DNA of 64,000 nt from a virus. The translations under genes were made by a program, and so were the position numbers. The notes under the pieces are model-generated. The model searched no databases, was not told the DNA's origin, and saw only the letters and a list, made by a program, of their open reading frames with translations. Location: IMG/VR virus record IMGVR_UViG_3300015242_000024, positions 4,780 through 68,779 of that record; one strand, written 5' to 3'. Shown here piece by piece: positions 8,128-16,822 of the stretch; positions within the stretch are counted from its first letter, which is position 1, and each line of letters starts with the position of its first letter.

Positions 8128-8182
8128 ATGAATTGCTAAGCTTGGCGGTCCCCAAAAGGTAGAAGAAAAAGAACCGCCTGCG

Positions 8183-8254
8183 AGCCAGATAACGGAATCG
8201 AACCGTTGATTAGTCATTACGAAAGACTTGTGTTACCACTACAACTAATCTGGC
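8183..8254 (-). tRNA. tRNA-Thr(CGU)
   Basis: Cloverleaf; anticodon loop TTCGTAA; U-U mismatch closing the loop; TTCGATT T-loop. Confidence 0.8.
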
Positions 8255-8345
8255 AAAGGCCGTTCCCCTGCAACTGGGTACTAGACCGTCCTCGTGCAAC
8301 AGAGGCAAGTTCGGTTGCATTCTCCCCTGCATACTTGCCCGATTG

Positions 8346-8418
8346 AGCCGCCTGTCAGACTCGAACTGACTACCTCGTGTTTACAAGACACGTGCTCTGC
8401 CTGGTGAGCTAAGGCGGC
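8346..8418 (-). tRNA. tRNA-Thr(UGU)
   Basis: Cloverleaf; CGTGT-CTTGTAA-ACACG; TTCGAGT T-loop. Confidence 0.9.
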
Positions 8419-8447
8419 AATGTCAGTATAACATACTGACAGAAAAA

Positions 8448-8522
8448 GTGCACCCCCGCTGACTTAAACACCGGACTACCCGCGTATCAGGCAAGGCGTA
8501 CTAATCGTTATACTAGGGTGCA
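8448..8522 (-). ncRNA. atypical tRNA-like element (GAU anticodon, Ile-like)
   Basis: Acceptor TGCACCC/GGGTGCA, D stem GTAT/GTAC, loop CTGATAC; non-canonical T arm (TTTAAGT); D loop lacks GG. Confidence 0.55.
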
Positions 8523-8584
8523 AGTGGTCCGAAAGGACCAAGCTTAGGATAGTATTTATAGCCCCATCCCAAGGCGATAACTAC

Positions 8585-8613
8585 ATCTTAACACGACAGG
8601 GTATGCGTGTCAA
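8585..8613 (-). promoter_or_regulatory. sigma70/HrdB-type promoter for the tRNA cluster and minus block
   Basis: TTGACA-17 bp-TAAGAT on minus strand. Confidence 0.75.
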
Positions 8614-8616
8614 GAA

Positions 8617-9285
8617 TCAGTAGCCACACTTTCCAGCAGTCACCCACTGACTAGCGCCACGACCATTGTTCCACAACTTGTAGAATGCTGCATCCTGTTG
8701 TGCAGGAGAGTAATTCATAGCTCTTCCCGGAAGACCTGTTACAGCCTGCCAAGTTGAATCAAGGAACTGGTAAGCTCCCGAAGCAGTAGAACTTGGATTC
8801 TGTGCTCTGTAATTACCACCAGATTCGTACTTCCTAATGCACGCAGCAATTCCACCAGGGGCTACGTGATTTTGAACTGGCTGCTGGACCTTCGGCTTAT
8901 ATACGCGAGGCTTGGAATTTGCCTCACGCTGCTTCCTGGCCTTCTCAGCAGCAACCGCTAGGGCTGCCTTACGTTCTGCTTCTTGCTTCGCAGCTTCACG
9001 GGCCTTCTTTTCTTTAGCCCGCTTTTCTGCTTCAATTCTTTCTTGCAATTGCTTTTCTTCAATTGCCTTTTGATTGGCTCGCTTATCGATTGCCATTTGT
9101 TCAATTTCTGAAACAAGTGGCTGCCGCGTTTCGCTTCTTGAAGCCCTACTATGGTCCTCATCACCACGGTCCGACTGGCTGTCGGCTGCTACGACAGGTC
9201 TTTCTGTATTACTTTCCACAACTACAAACGATGTAGTTCCTGCAACTGCCAGGACTGTGGCCAGTGTTGCGAATGTTCTCTTCAT
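8617..9285 (-). CDS. secreted Rpf-like lytic transglycosylase
   Basis: Signal-peptide-like N-terminus, coiled-coil linker, C-terminal CIRKYESGGNY...GAYQF..STW...QQD. Confidence 0.8.
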   Translation of the reverse strand: MKRTFATLATVLAVAGTTSFVVVESNTERPVVAADSQSDRGDEDHSRASRSETRQPLVSEIEQMAIDKRANQKAIEEKQLQERIEAEKRAKEKKAREAAKQEAERKAALAVAAEKARKQREANSKPRVYKPKVQQPVQNHVAPGGIAACIRKYESGGNYRAQNPSSTASGAYQFLDSTWQAVTGLPGRAMNYSPAQQDAAFYKLWNNGRGASQWVTAGKCGY

Positions 9286-9309
9286 GAGACCTCCTTTGTC
9301 AGCAACGAT

Positions 9310-9410
9310 TCATCTAATGTACCAGACGTGTAACAGCAAAGCAAGTATGATGTTGATAAACCCGCCGGGATTGCTACTTGACAGCAAAGGAGAGGAGCTG
9401 TTAGAGTAAG
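9310..9410. promoter_or_regulatory. divergent promoter region
   Basis: Minus strand TTGCTT-17-TACATT; plus strand TTGACA-18-TAGAGT; gene orientation switches here. Confidence 0.6.
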
Positions 9411-9447
9411 TATTACACTAGAAACAAAAGGAAGAGAAGTTAAACAA

Positions 9448-10449
9448 TTGAGAGTAAGTTTTTATACAGTTAAGTCTAACCTTAAAGTAGATAATGGCTA
9501 TGGCTATGCCGGACAGAACATCCGAAGCAGTCTTGAAAAGCTTGGTCATACTGTAGGTTTCCATGATGAGAATGCTGATATCCAATTGGATTTCTGTCAG
9601 CCTAATCTCTATTCCCATTTCAAGAATCAATACAAGATTGGATATACTCCTTGGGAGTCATCTGAACTGCCAAGCAATTGGATGTCTGGCTTTGATTCAG
9701 TAGATGAGGTATGGACTACGTCACAGAAGTGTAAAGAATGGTATGAGGATGCTGGAGTCAAGAAGCCTGTTCGAATCTACGAACACGGTATCGAAGATAT
9801 CTGGTATGCAAAGCAAAGAAAGCCTCAAGCCAAGATTCGCTTCTTGCACGTAGGAGAGCCTGCACCAAGAAAGGGTGGACAAATTGCCCTGGAAGCATTC
9901 AGACTAGCCTTTGCTAATCAAGATGATGTTCATCTAACGATTAAGGCAAATGGACATAGCACAGTCCGTGCCTATGCTTCTACATTTCATCGCGGTGGCC
10001 CAAGGTCCATCCTTGGCCTTCCACACGATGTATACCCCAACGTAAGCTTGATTGATGACAGTCTATCTGTTGAAGAGCTTGTTGGACTGTATCATAGCCA
10101 TCACGCCCTTGTCTACCCATCTTGGGGAGAGGGTTTTGGATTGATTCCACTACAGGGTCTTGCTACTGGTATGCCGACAATTTGTACCGGAGCTTGGGCA
10201 CCCTATGAAAGATTCTTGGGTAACCTGTCTTTGGATTCAATTGAGTGTCCGTCTCGTTGGCCAGACATTCATCCTGGCAATATGTACCAGCCGGATGTTG
10301 AACATCTTGTTGAATTGTACAGATATACATATGAGAATTATGCTGCTCTTTCGAAAATACATTTCGATAATGCAGAAGATGTCCATTCAGAATATAACTG
10401 GGACACTCTAACTGAAAACGCTTTTAAGCATTTGGAGAATAAGTTTTGA
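9448..10449 (+). CDS. glycosyltransferase, GT-B/GT4-like
   Basis: FLHVG..RKG and YPSWGEGFGLIPLQ motifs. Confidence 0.88.
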   Translation: MRVSFYTVKSNLKVDNGYGYAGQNIRSSLEKLGHTVGFHDENADIQLDFCQPNLYSHFKNQYKIGYTPWESSELPSNWMSGFDSVDEVWTTSQKCKEWYEDAGVKKPVRIYEHGIEDIWYAKQRKPQAKIRFLHVGEPAPRKGGQIALEAFRLAFANQDDVHLTIKANGHSTVRAYASTFHRGGPRSILGLPHDVYPNVSLIDDSLSVEELVGLYHSHHALVYPSWGEGFGLIPLQGLATGMPTICTGAWAPYERFLGNLSLDSIECPSRWPDIHPGNMYQPDVEHLVELYRYTYENYAALSKIHFDNAEDVHSEYNWDTLTENAFKHLENKF

Positions 10450-11435
10450 AGATTTCCTTTCACACAGTAAAGGACAACCTTGATACTACTCGGGGTTATG
10501 GTGTTGCCGGATTCAAGATGGTCACTTCTTTGCAGGAGCTTGGTCACGAAGTCCCGTTTGATGATGCTAGTGCACCTGTACAGATTTCCTGGAACCCGCC
10601 GCACTGGTACAAGTTCCACGATGGACAGTACCGTATCGGATACACACCGTGGGAGTCAACAGCTCTACCAGACGGTTGGGTGAAGACCATGAACGAATGT
10701 GATGAGGTCTGGGCAACGTCAGAATGGGTTGCAAACGTCTACGAAATGGCCGGGGTTAAAAGACCCGTACATGTATATGAGCATGGACTAGACAAAAGAT
10801 GGCAGCCCAAGAGAAGGCATGCAGGGGATGTCATCAAGTTCCTTCATGTTGGAGAACCAGCCCTTCGCAAGGGTGGGCAGATGGCTGTCGATGCTTTCCG
10901 TGAAGTCTATGGAGATAGAACAGATGTTCATCTGACTGTCAAGGCATACCACCAGCATTTCTTGCGGGTATGGCATAACGGTAAGATTACGACTCCAGAA
11001 AAAGTCTACAATAATGTAAGTGTAATTACTGAGCAATTGCATTTCAATGAATTGCTTGATTTGTATTACGAACACGATGTTCTAGTTTATCCATCATATG
11101 GAGAAGGCTTTGGGTTTATTCCATTGCAGGCATTGGGAACTGGAATGCCAGTCATGTCAACATATGCATGGGCACCTTACAAGAGATTCATGAAGGAGAT
11201 GCCAATTGGCACACGGCGTGATAGAAGCATTTGGGCTCTACATCCTGGGGATGTTCTATATCCTGACTATGTCCAGCTCAAGGGTCATTTGTATAACATG
11301 CAAGACCGTGAACGACTTGACGAATACCAGAAGAGATTCTTCCTAAGAGCAAATGAAGTGCATAAAGAATACGATTGGGTAAATAGAACAGAAAAGGCAT
11401 TCGCCCATCTGGTCAGCAAGTTTACCGAATCTTGA
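10446..11435 (+). CDS. glycosyltransferase, GT-B/GT4-like, tandem paralogue
   Basis: Same motifs (YPSYGEGFGFIPLQ); colinear with the upstream gene. Confidence 0.88.
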   Translation: MKISFHTVKDNLDTTRGYGVAGFKMVTSLQELGHEVPFDDASAPVQISWNPPHWYKFHDGQYRIGYTPWESTALPDGWVKTMNECDEVWATSEWVANVYEMAGVKRPVHVYEHGLDKRWQPKRRHAGDVIKFLHVGEPALRKGGQMAVDAFREVYGDRTDVHLTVKAYHQHFLRVWHNGKITTPEKVYNNVSVITEQLHFNELLDLYYEHDVLVYPSYGEGFGFIPLQALGTGMPVMSTYAWAPYKRFMKEMPIGTRRDRSIWALHPGDVLYPDYVQLKGHLYNMQDRERLDEYQKRFFLRANEVHKEYDWVNRTEKAFAHLVSKFTES

Positions 11436-11546
11436 CATAGAAAGTTAGTTTTCACCCCCGCCCACTAAGGACGGGGGTGTTACTATAGAAGAACCACAAT
11501 ATATAGGACGAGGCCCTGCACGGGCTCAAGGAGGAGTTTACTTTTT

Positions 11547-13490
11547 ATGGATTTCATCGACGCTACGGGCCGAATCAGCGACCCCTATCGTAACTTTATT
11601 CACCTATCTCGATACTCAAGGTGGCTTGATGACGAAGGCCGCAGAGAGACTTGGGTAGAGACGGTTGATAGATACATCAACTTTATTACCAATCATCTAA
11701 AGACGAACAACGGATATGAAGCTCCTTCTGAGCACGTTGAACTTGTTCGTTCGTACATTATGGAGCATAAGGCACTTCCGTCTATGCGTGCTCTGATGAC
11801 AGCAGGTCCAGCACTAGAGCGTAACAACATTGCAGGATACAACTGTTCATATGTAGTTCTTGATAACCCAGTAGCTTTCGATGAGATTCTTTACATTCTT
11901 ATGAATGGAACCGGAGTAGGATTCTCCTGTGAAGAGCGTTATGTTTCTCAGCTTCCACTAATCCCCCAGCTTCATGATTCAGAGAACGTTATCGTAGTTG
12001 AGGATTCAAAGGAGGGTTGGGCAAATGCATACCACGAGCTTGTTGCAGGACTTTACAACGGAGTTATTCAGAGTTGGGATGTAAGCAAGGTTAGACCAGC
12101 AGGTGCAAGACTTAAGACTTTTGGTGGTCGTGCTTCTGGTCCTGACCCACTTGTTGAGCTATTCGAATTCACTGTAGACACATTCCTTCGTGCACAGGGC
12201 CGCAAGCTAACCGACCTTGAGGCTCACGACATCGTGTGTGAAATTGCAAGCGTCGTAGTTGTTGGCGGGGTTCGTCGTTCAGCTCTAATCTCCCTTGGTG
12301 ACCTCAATTCAGATGGACACCGTACAGCCAAGTCAGGCTCTTGGTGGGAGAAGGATGGACAGCGTGCACTAGCCAATAACTCAGCAGTATTTGATTCAAA
12401 GCCTTCTCGTGAGCGTTTCGATTCCGAATGGCAGTCACTTATCGATTCTGGTTCTGGAGAGCGTGGCATTTTTAGTCGCGAGGCTTCTCAGAAGCAGGCA
12501 GCAAGATTCGGTCGTCGTCCAGCAGATATCGATTATGGCACGAACCCTTGCTCTGAAATCATTCTTCGTCCTAACCAGTTCTGCAATCTAACTACTGTTG
12601 TTGTTTCTGGAGATGACAATTACCTTACCCTTTCAAAGAAGGTTGAGGCAGCAACAATCCTTGGTACGTGGCAGTCAACAATGACGAATTTCAAGTATCT
12701 TCGTCAGCTCTGGAAGCACAACACTGAGGAAGAGCGTCTTCTTGGAGTTTCCATGACAGGGCCATTCGGTAATAAGTTGCTTAATGGTGCTCTTGGAATG
12801 CGAAAGACTGAAGAAGTTCTTTATGCGCTCCGCGCGCACGCTGTAAAGGTCAACAAGATTGTTGCTGAGGATATCGGAATTCAGCAGGCAGCCGCAGTTA
12901 CTTGCGTCAAGCCTGAAGGAACTTCTTCTCAGCTCACGCTTACTTCTTCTGGTCTGCATACTTGGCACAATCCAGAGTACATTCGTACCGTTCGAATGGA
13001 CATGAAGGACCCGCTAACTAAGTTTATGATGGATTCCGGTTTCCCATGGGAGCCAGATGTAATGAATCCAGAGAATACAGCAGTCTTCTCATTCCCAATT
13101 AAGGCTCCTGAGGGTGCCCTAACAAGAAGTGACCTGTCTGCAACACAGCATTTGGACCTTTGGATGGCATATCAGCGTATGTGGTGTGAACACAAGCCTT
13201 CTGTGACCATTTACGTTAAGCCAGATGAGTGGGAGATTGTTGGAAATTGGGTTTATGACAATTTCGATGAGGTTTCTGGAATTTCATTCCTTCCGCACAG
13301 CGAACATACTTATCAGCAGGCTCCTTATCAGGACATTACAGCCGATGAGTACGCAGAATGGATTGAAAGAATGCCTCAGGATGTTGATTGGGACATGCTT
13401 TCTTCATATGAGCTTGAGGATACAACCACTGGAACTCAGGAACTTGCTTGTGTAGCTGGTGCCTGTGATGTAGTAGATGTAGTTCGTTAA
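11547..13490 (+). CDS. nrdJ: class II (B12-dependent) ribonucleotide reductase, RTPR-like
   Basis: NPCSEI active-site loop, CVKPEGT, C-terminal CVAGAC; no small subunit nearby. Confidence 0.88.
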   Translation: MDFIDATGRISDPYRNFIHLSRYSRWLDDEGRRETWVETVDRYINFITNHLKTNNGYEAPSEHVELVRSYIMEHKALPSMRALMTAGPALERNNIAGYNCSYVVLDNPVAFDEILYILMNGTGVGFSCEERYVSQLPLIPQLHDSENVIVVEDSKEGWANAYHELVAGLYNGVIQSWDVSKVRPAGARLKTFGGRASGPDPLVELFEFTVDTFLRAQGRKLTDLEAHDIVCEIASVVVVGGVRRSALISLGDLNSDGHRTAKSGSWWEKDGQRALANNSAVFDSKPSRERFDSEWQSLIDSGSGERGIFSREASQKQAARFGRRPADIDYGTNPCSEIILRPNQFCNLTTVVVSGDDNYLTLSKKVEAATILGTWQSTMTNFKYLRQLWKHNTEEERLLGVSMTGPFGNKLLNGALGMRKTEEVLYALRAHAVKVNKIVAEDIGIQQAAAVTCVKPEGTSSQLTLTSSGLHTWHNPEYIRTVRMDMKDPLTKFMMDSGFPWEPDVMNPENTAVFSFPIKAPEGALTRSDLSATQHLDLWMAYQRMWCEHKPSVTIYVKPDEWEIVGNWVYDNFDEVSGISFLPHSEHTYQQAPYQDITADEYAEWIERMPQDVDWDMLSSYELEDTTTGTQELACVAGACDVVDVVR

Positions 13491-13501
13491 GATTCACTTA
13501 G

Positions 13502-13530
13502 AACCCCGCCAATTTGGCGGGGTTTCTTTG
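13502..13530 (+). terminator. intrinsic terminator
   Basis: AACCCCGCCA-ATT-TGGCGGGGTT-TCTTT. Confidence 0.85.
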
Positions 13531-13578
13531 TGTTCTGACTAGTTTAGCGTTATACTAGACCTATCAAACAGAAAGGAA

Positions 13579-14517
13579 GTGATTACCCTGTCAACAGGAC
13601 CACAGAAGTATCCAGGAGCAGTATCTAGCGGTGCGTATTGGTTCCAGGACAATTATGGCGGTGACAAGCAGGAAGTCAACGTAATTGTTCTCCATACCAC
13701 AGAAGGTACGAGCCTTGTTAATTATAGTGGCGGTGCAGTAGCTCCAAACTTTACCGCTGTCCCCGACTTTGCGAACAAGAAGTTGAAGTGGTACCAGCAC
13801 TTTGATTTTGACACTTCATCTCGTGCACTTGTAAATCTATCCGGCGGCGTTCAGACAAACACGAATAACGTATGTCAGGTAGAGCTTGTAGGTACATGCG
13901 ACCCTGGCACTCACAAGAAGTGGGCTAACTACCAGCACATTTACTGGCCAGAGGCTCCATCTTGGGCGCTTGATGAACTAGCCAAGTTCCTTGCTTGGGC
14001 TAATAAGAATCATGGCGTTCCTCTAGTAGGACCAGCCAAGTGGGCTCCATACCCATCTTCTTACGCAAATGGCGCGGGCCAGAGAATGACTGGAACACAG
14101 TGGAACGCTTTTAAGGGAATTTGTGGACACCAGCACGTTCCAGAGAATGTACACGGTGACCCAGGTGCTATCGACTTCAAGACTTTGGTAGCGAAGGCAA
14201 AGGCTCTGGTTGCTCCAGTAAAGCCACCTACAACACCTACAAAGCCTACGACTCCAACGAAGCCAACCACACCAGCAAAGCAGACCGTAACTCTTGCTAA
14301 CTTGAAGTACGGAAAGTCTAACGCTGATGTTAAGAAGGTACAGCTTGCGCTTATTGCTAAGGGATTCAAGATTCCTAATGGTGCAACTGGCGGATATTGG
14401 GACCAGACAAAGGCTGCGTACAAGAAGTTCCAGCAGTCTCTTGGATACTCAGGAAATGATGCAGACGGAATTCCAGGAACAACTTCTCTTAAGAAGCTTG
14501 GATTCAGCGTCAAGTAA
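13579..14517 (+). CDS. endolysin: N-acetylmuramoyl-L-alanine amidase plus peptidoglycan-binding domain
   Basis: LHTTEG, GHQHVP..HGDPG; (T/P/K) repeat linker; FQ..LG...ADGIPG tail. Confidence 0.88.
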   Translation: MITLSTGPQKYPGAVSSGAYWFQDNYGGDKQEVNVIVLHTTEGTSLVNYSGGAVAPNFTAVPDFANKKLKWYQHFDFDTSSRALVNLSGGVQTNTNNVCQVELVGTCDPGTHKKWANYQHIYWPEAPSWALDELAKFLAWANKNHGVPLVGPAKWAPYPSSYANGAGQRMTGTQWNAFKGICGHQHVPENVHGDPGAIDFKTLVAKAKALVAPVKPPTTPTKPTTPTKPTTPAKQTVTLANLKYGKSNADVKKVQLALIAKGFKIPNGATGGYWDQTKAAYKKFQQSLGYSGNDADGIPGTTSLKKLGFSVK

Positions 14518-14532
14518 TGCTATAATCTAAGT

Positions 14533-14637
14533 ACAACCTATGGAAATGAGTCCAGGTTGTCTAGGGCGCTGCGTGCAGCATACCTTAGGATGATTATAAT
14601 TACCGACTTTACCCCTGCCTTCGGGCGGGGGTTTTGT
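14533..14637 (+). ncRNA. candidate structured small RNA with its own promoter and terminator
   Basis: TTGGAT-17-TATAAT upstream; two multi-part stems; UUCG terminator 14611-14635. Confidence 0.45.
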
Positions 14638-14679
14638 CGTTTCTGGCGTTAATTCTTATATTGCGATATACTTTAAGTT

Positions 14680-16410
14680 ATGACCTACATTTACTATGCA
14701 CTCAAGGATGGACCTATCGGGCTATGGTCATTCGATTCAATCCCACTGAATGATGCTTCCGGATATGGGAACAATGCCACCTACACAGGCACTCCAAACA
14801 CAACCCGCCCAATTGTCGCAGGCGGGGTATCTGCGCAGCTCATTGACTCAGGCGACACAATCAATTACCCGATTAACTCCGTAATGATTCAGGGCAGAGA
14901 GACGCGTGCGTTTTCTCTGGAAGCTTGGATTAAGCCACAGAGCGGTACGGCCGCTGTGATGGCTCGTAACAACAGCGGTCTCTTCCTTGATGGTCTCGTG
15001 CTTAGATTCTCAGCCGAGTTCAGCTCTCTAGTAAGCGTAACGTTCAATCACCTTAAGGCTGGGAACGTTTATCACGTAGTTGGAGTTTATGATGGACAGT
15101 CTCTATCCCTTTACCTAAATGGAAAGGTTGTAGCAAGTACCGAGATTGATGATGACGTTGTAGCTTCAGGCTTTACTGATACTGCTTCTGTTCTGAAGAC
15201 AACCATGGGAGCTTCTATGGTTGTAGACACTCCAGCGGTATATAATTACGCAATTGATTCGGTTGCCGTAAATAGACATTATCTATATGGAATTCAATAT
15301 CCAGGAGTTGTAAATCTTTCTCTTATCAATGGAGGGAAGTATTATATCTTCTCTGATGAATGGAGCCATGTATATGATTCTGTTTCATTCGGAGATACAG
15401 ATGACTGGAATCTTGGATTGTACTCAGGAAACGTCTCTTCTGTAGATAACAGATTGGTAAACCTCTATGACGAGACTGCTGAACAGTGGCTCGGAGGAAC
15501 ATGGACGTATCAATACTCTGTGGCAAGTGATGAAGGCGTTGGCCTCACACTTAATGGCTCTAGAATCACATGGGATACTACAGATGCAATCACTGTACAG
15601 GTTTCCGAGGATGATACTACGTGGACCACAGTAACTAATGGTGGACAGATTGTCGCTACCCAGAGTCTTTCGGCCGGGTATGCCATTGCTGTCAGAGTCA
15701 CTGTACCAGACACGACAGTAGCACAGGCAGTCATCAGCAACCTCAAGATTGTATTCTACACTGACAAGACTGTCAAGGGCTCAGACGAAGCTCTACCAAC
15801 CACATTCGTTGATGCTCTAGCAGTTACCTTGTCAGAGAATTCATATGCTCCAGCTAGTTTTAATGACAATGCTGGGGTTATTCTGCCTGCCAACAATGGA
15901 TTTACCATTGCAGCAGATACGGATTTCGGTGGATACTTCGCTGTAGAGATGACAGTAAAGTTTGATACAAGTACGATTAATAAAACAGTAATGGTTGTTG
16001 ACACACCAAGTGCAAACCCCACCATTACATCTAATGGTTCTGGTCAGTGGGTCTTCTCAAATTTGACGGCTCTGTACATTGATGGTGTGGCTGTCACGAG
16101 TCCGTTCTCTATCGACGCGGGACGTTGGCACCACGTGCTAGCCGTATTCCCTGAGTCTCTTGCTCAGGTAATTGTCGGAAACAACGTAGCACATTCGGCG
16201 GGGTACCCAATGAGGGTTGGATATCTAGCATTGTATTCAGATACCATTACAGCGACTATGGCGGATGCCATTTTTGATACTTGGGTTGGCACAGCAGCTA
16301 TTCGAGTAGTAGATGAAGATACATCTAACATTCACGAGCATTCATTCGCTGAAACAACGTCTCCATTTAGGGCTTATGCCTTTGATTGGTCAATCACGGG
16401 TGCTGGATAA
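14680..16410 (+). CDS. LamG/concanavalin-like domain virion protein
   Basis: FSLEAWIKP, YHVVGVYDG..LYLNG; second LamG-like segment (WHHVLAV). Confidence 0.75.
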   Translation: MTYIYYALKDGPIGLWSFDSIPLNDASGYGNNATYTGTPNTTRPIVAGGVSAQLIDSGDTINYPINSVMIQGRETRAFSLEAWIKPQSGTAAVMARNNSGLFLDGLVLRFSAEFSSLVSVTFNHLKAGNVYHVVGVYDGQSLSLYLNGKVVASTEIDDDVVASGFTDTASVLKTTMGASMVVDTPAVYNYAIDSVAVNRHYLYGIQYPGVVNLSLINGGKYYIFSDEWSHVYDSVSFGDTDDWNLGLYSGNVSSVDNRLVNLYDETAEQWLGGTWTYQYSVASDEGVGLTLNGSRITWDTTDAITVQVSEDDTTWTTVTNGGQIVATQSLSAGYAIAVRVTVPDTTVAQAVISNLKIVFYTDKTVKGSDEALPTTFVDALAVTLSENSYAPASFNDNAGVILPANNGFTIAADTDFGGYFAVEMTVKFDTSTINKTVMVVDTPSANPTITSNGSGQWVFSNLTALYIDGVAVTSPFSIDAGRWHHVLAVFPESLAQVIVGNNVAHSAGYPMRVGYLALYSDTITATMADAIFDTWVGTAAIRVVDEDTSNIHEHSFAETTSPFRAYAFDWSITGAG

Positions 16411-16504
16411 CCAATTAGTGGACAAAACTTGCCTCTAGAACTGAATTATGACGCAAAAATTGCCTTAATTTGCTCATAGGCAAGGATAAAGGTATAATTC
16501 TGCT

Positions 16505-16822
16505 ATGAAGACTACAAGAAAGCAGATTGTTGAAGAGGTTCCTTGGGGAGTGTATGTCTGGGAAATGCCTAACGGCCAGTGGATTGGCGACGACCAAGGC
16601 AATTTCCTTAACATTGCTGCCATTAAGGGTGACAAGAAGCGAATTCAAGAACTTAAGGACACTGTACGTTCTTATGGTATTACCGAAGGTAAGCCGTTTT
16701 ACCTCTCCGGTCACCGACAGGTGAATGATGAGGAATTTGAAAACCAGAAGCGACGCATGGCATTCGGTCTTGTCCCAGATGAGCTAGATGTTGCTGCGTT
16801 TAGAGAGGAAAATACTAAGTAA
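16505..16822 (+). CDS. hypothetical protein preceding portal
   Basis: 105 aa; stop overlaps portal start. Confidence 0.8.
   Translation: MKTTRKQIVEEVPWGVYVWEMPNGQWIGDDQGNFLNIAAIKGDKKRIQELKDTVRSYGITEGKPFYLSGHRQVNDEEFENQKRRMAFGLVPDELDVAAFREENTK

Noticed and set aside
7999-8155. N-terminal extension of ORF 7787..8155
   Set aside because: Overlaps tRNA-Thr(GGU); ATG 7999 is more plausible.
9286-9447. c-di-AMP riboswitch upstream of the Rpf-like gene
   Set aside because: The predicted promoter leaves a leader too short to hold one.
14215-14285. Tandem repeat in the endolysin
   Set aside because: Encodes an ordinary Pro/Thr/Lys linker; repeats are degenerate at the DNA level.
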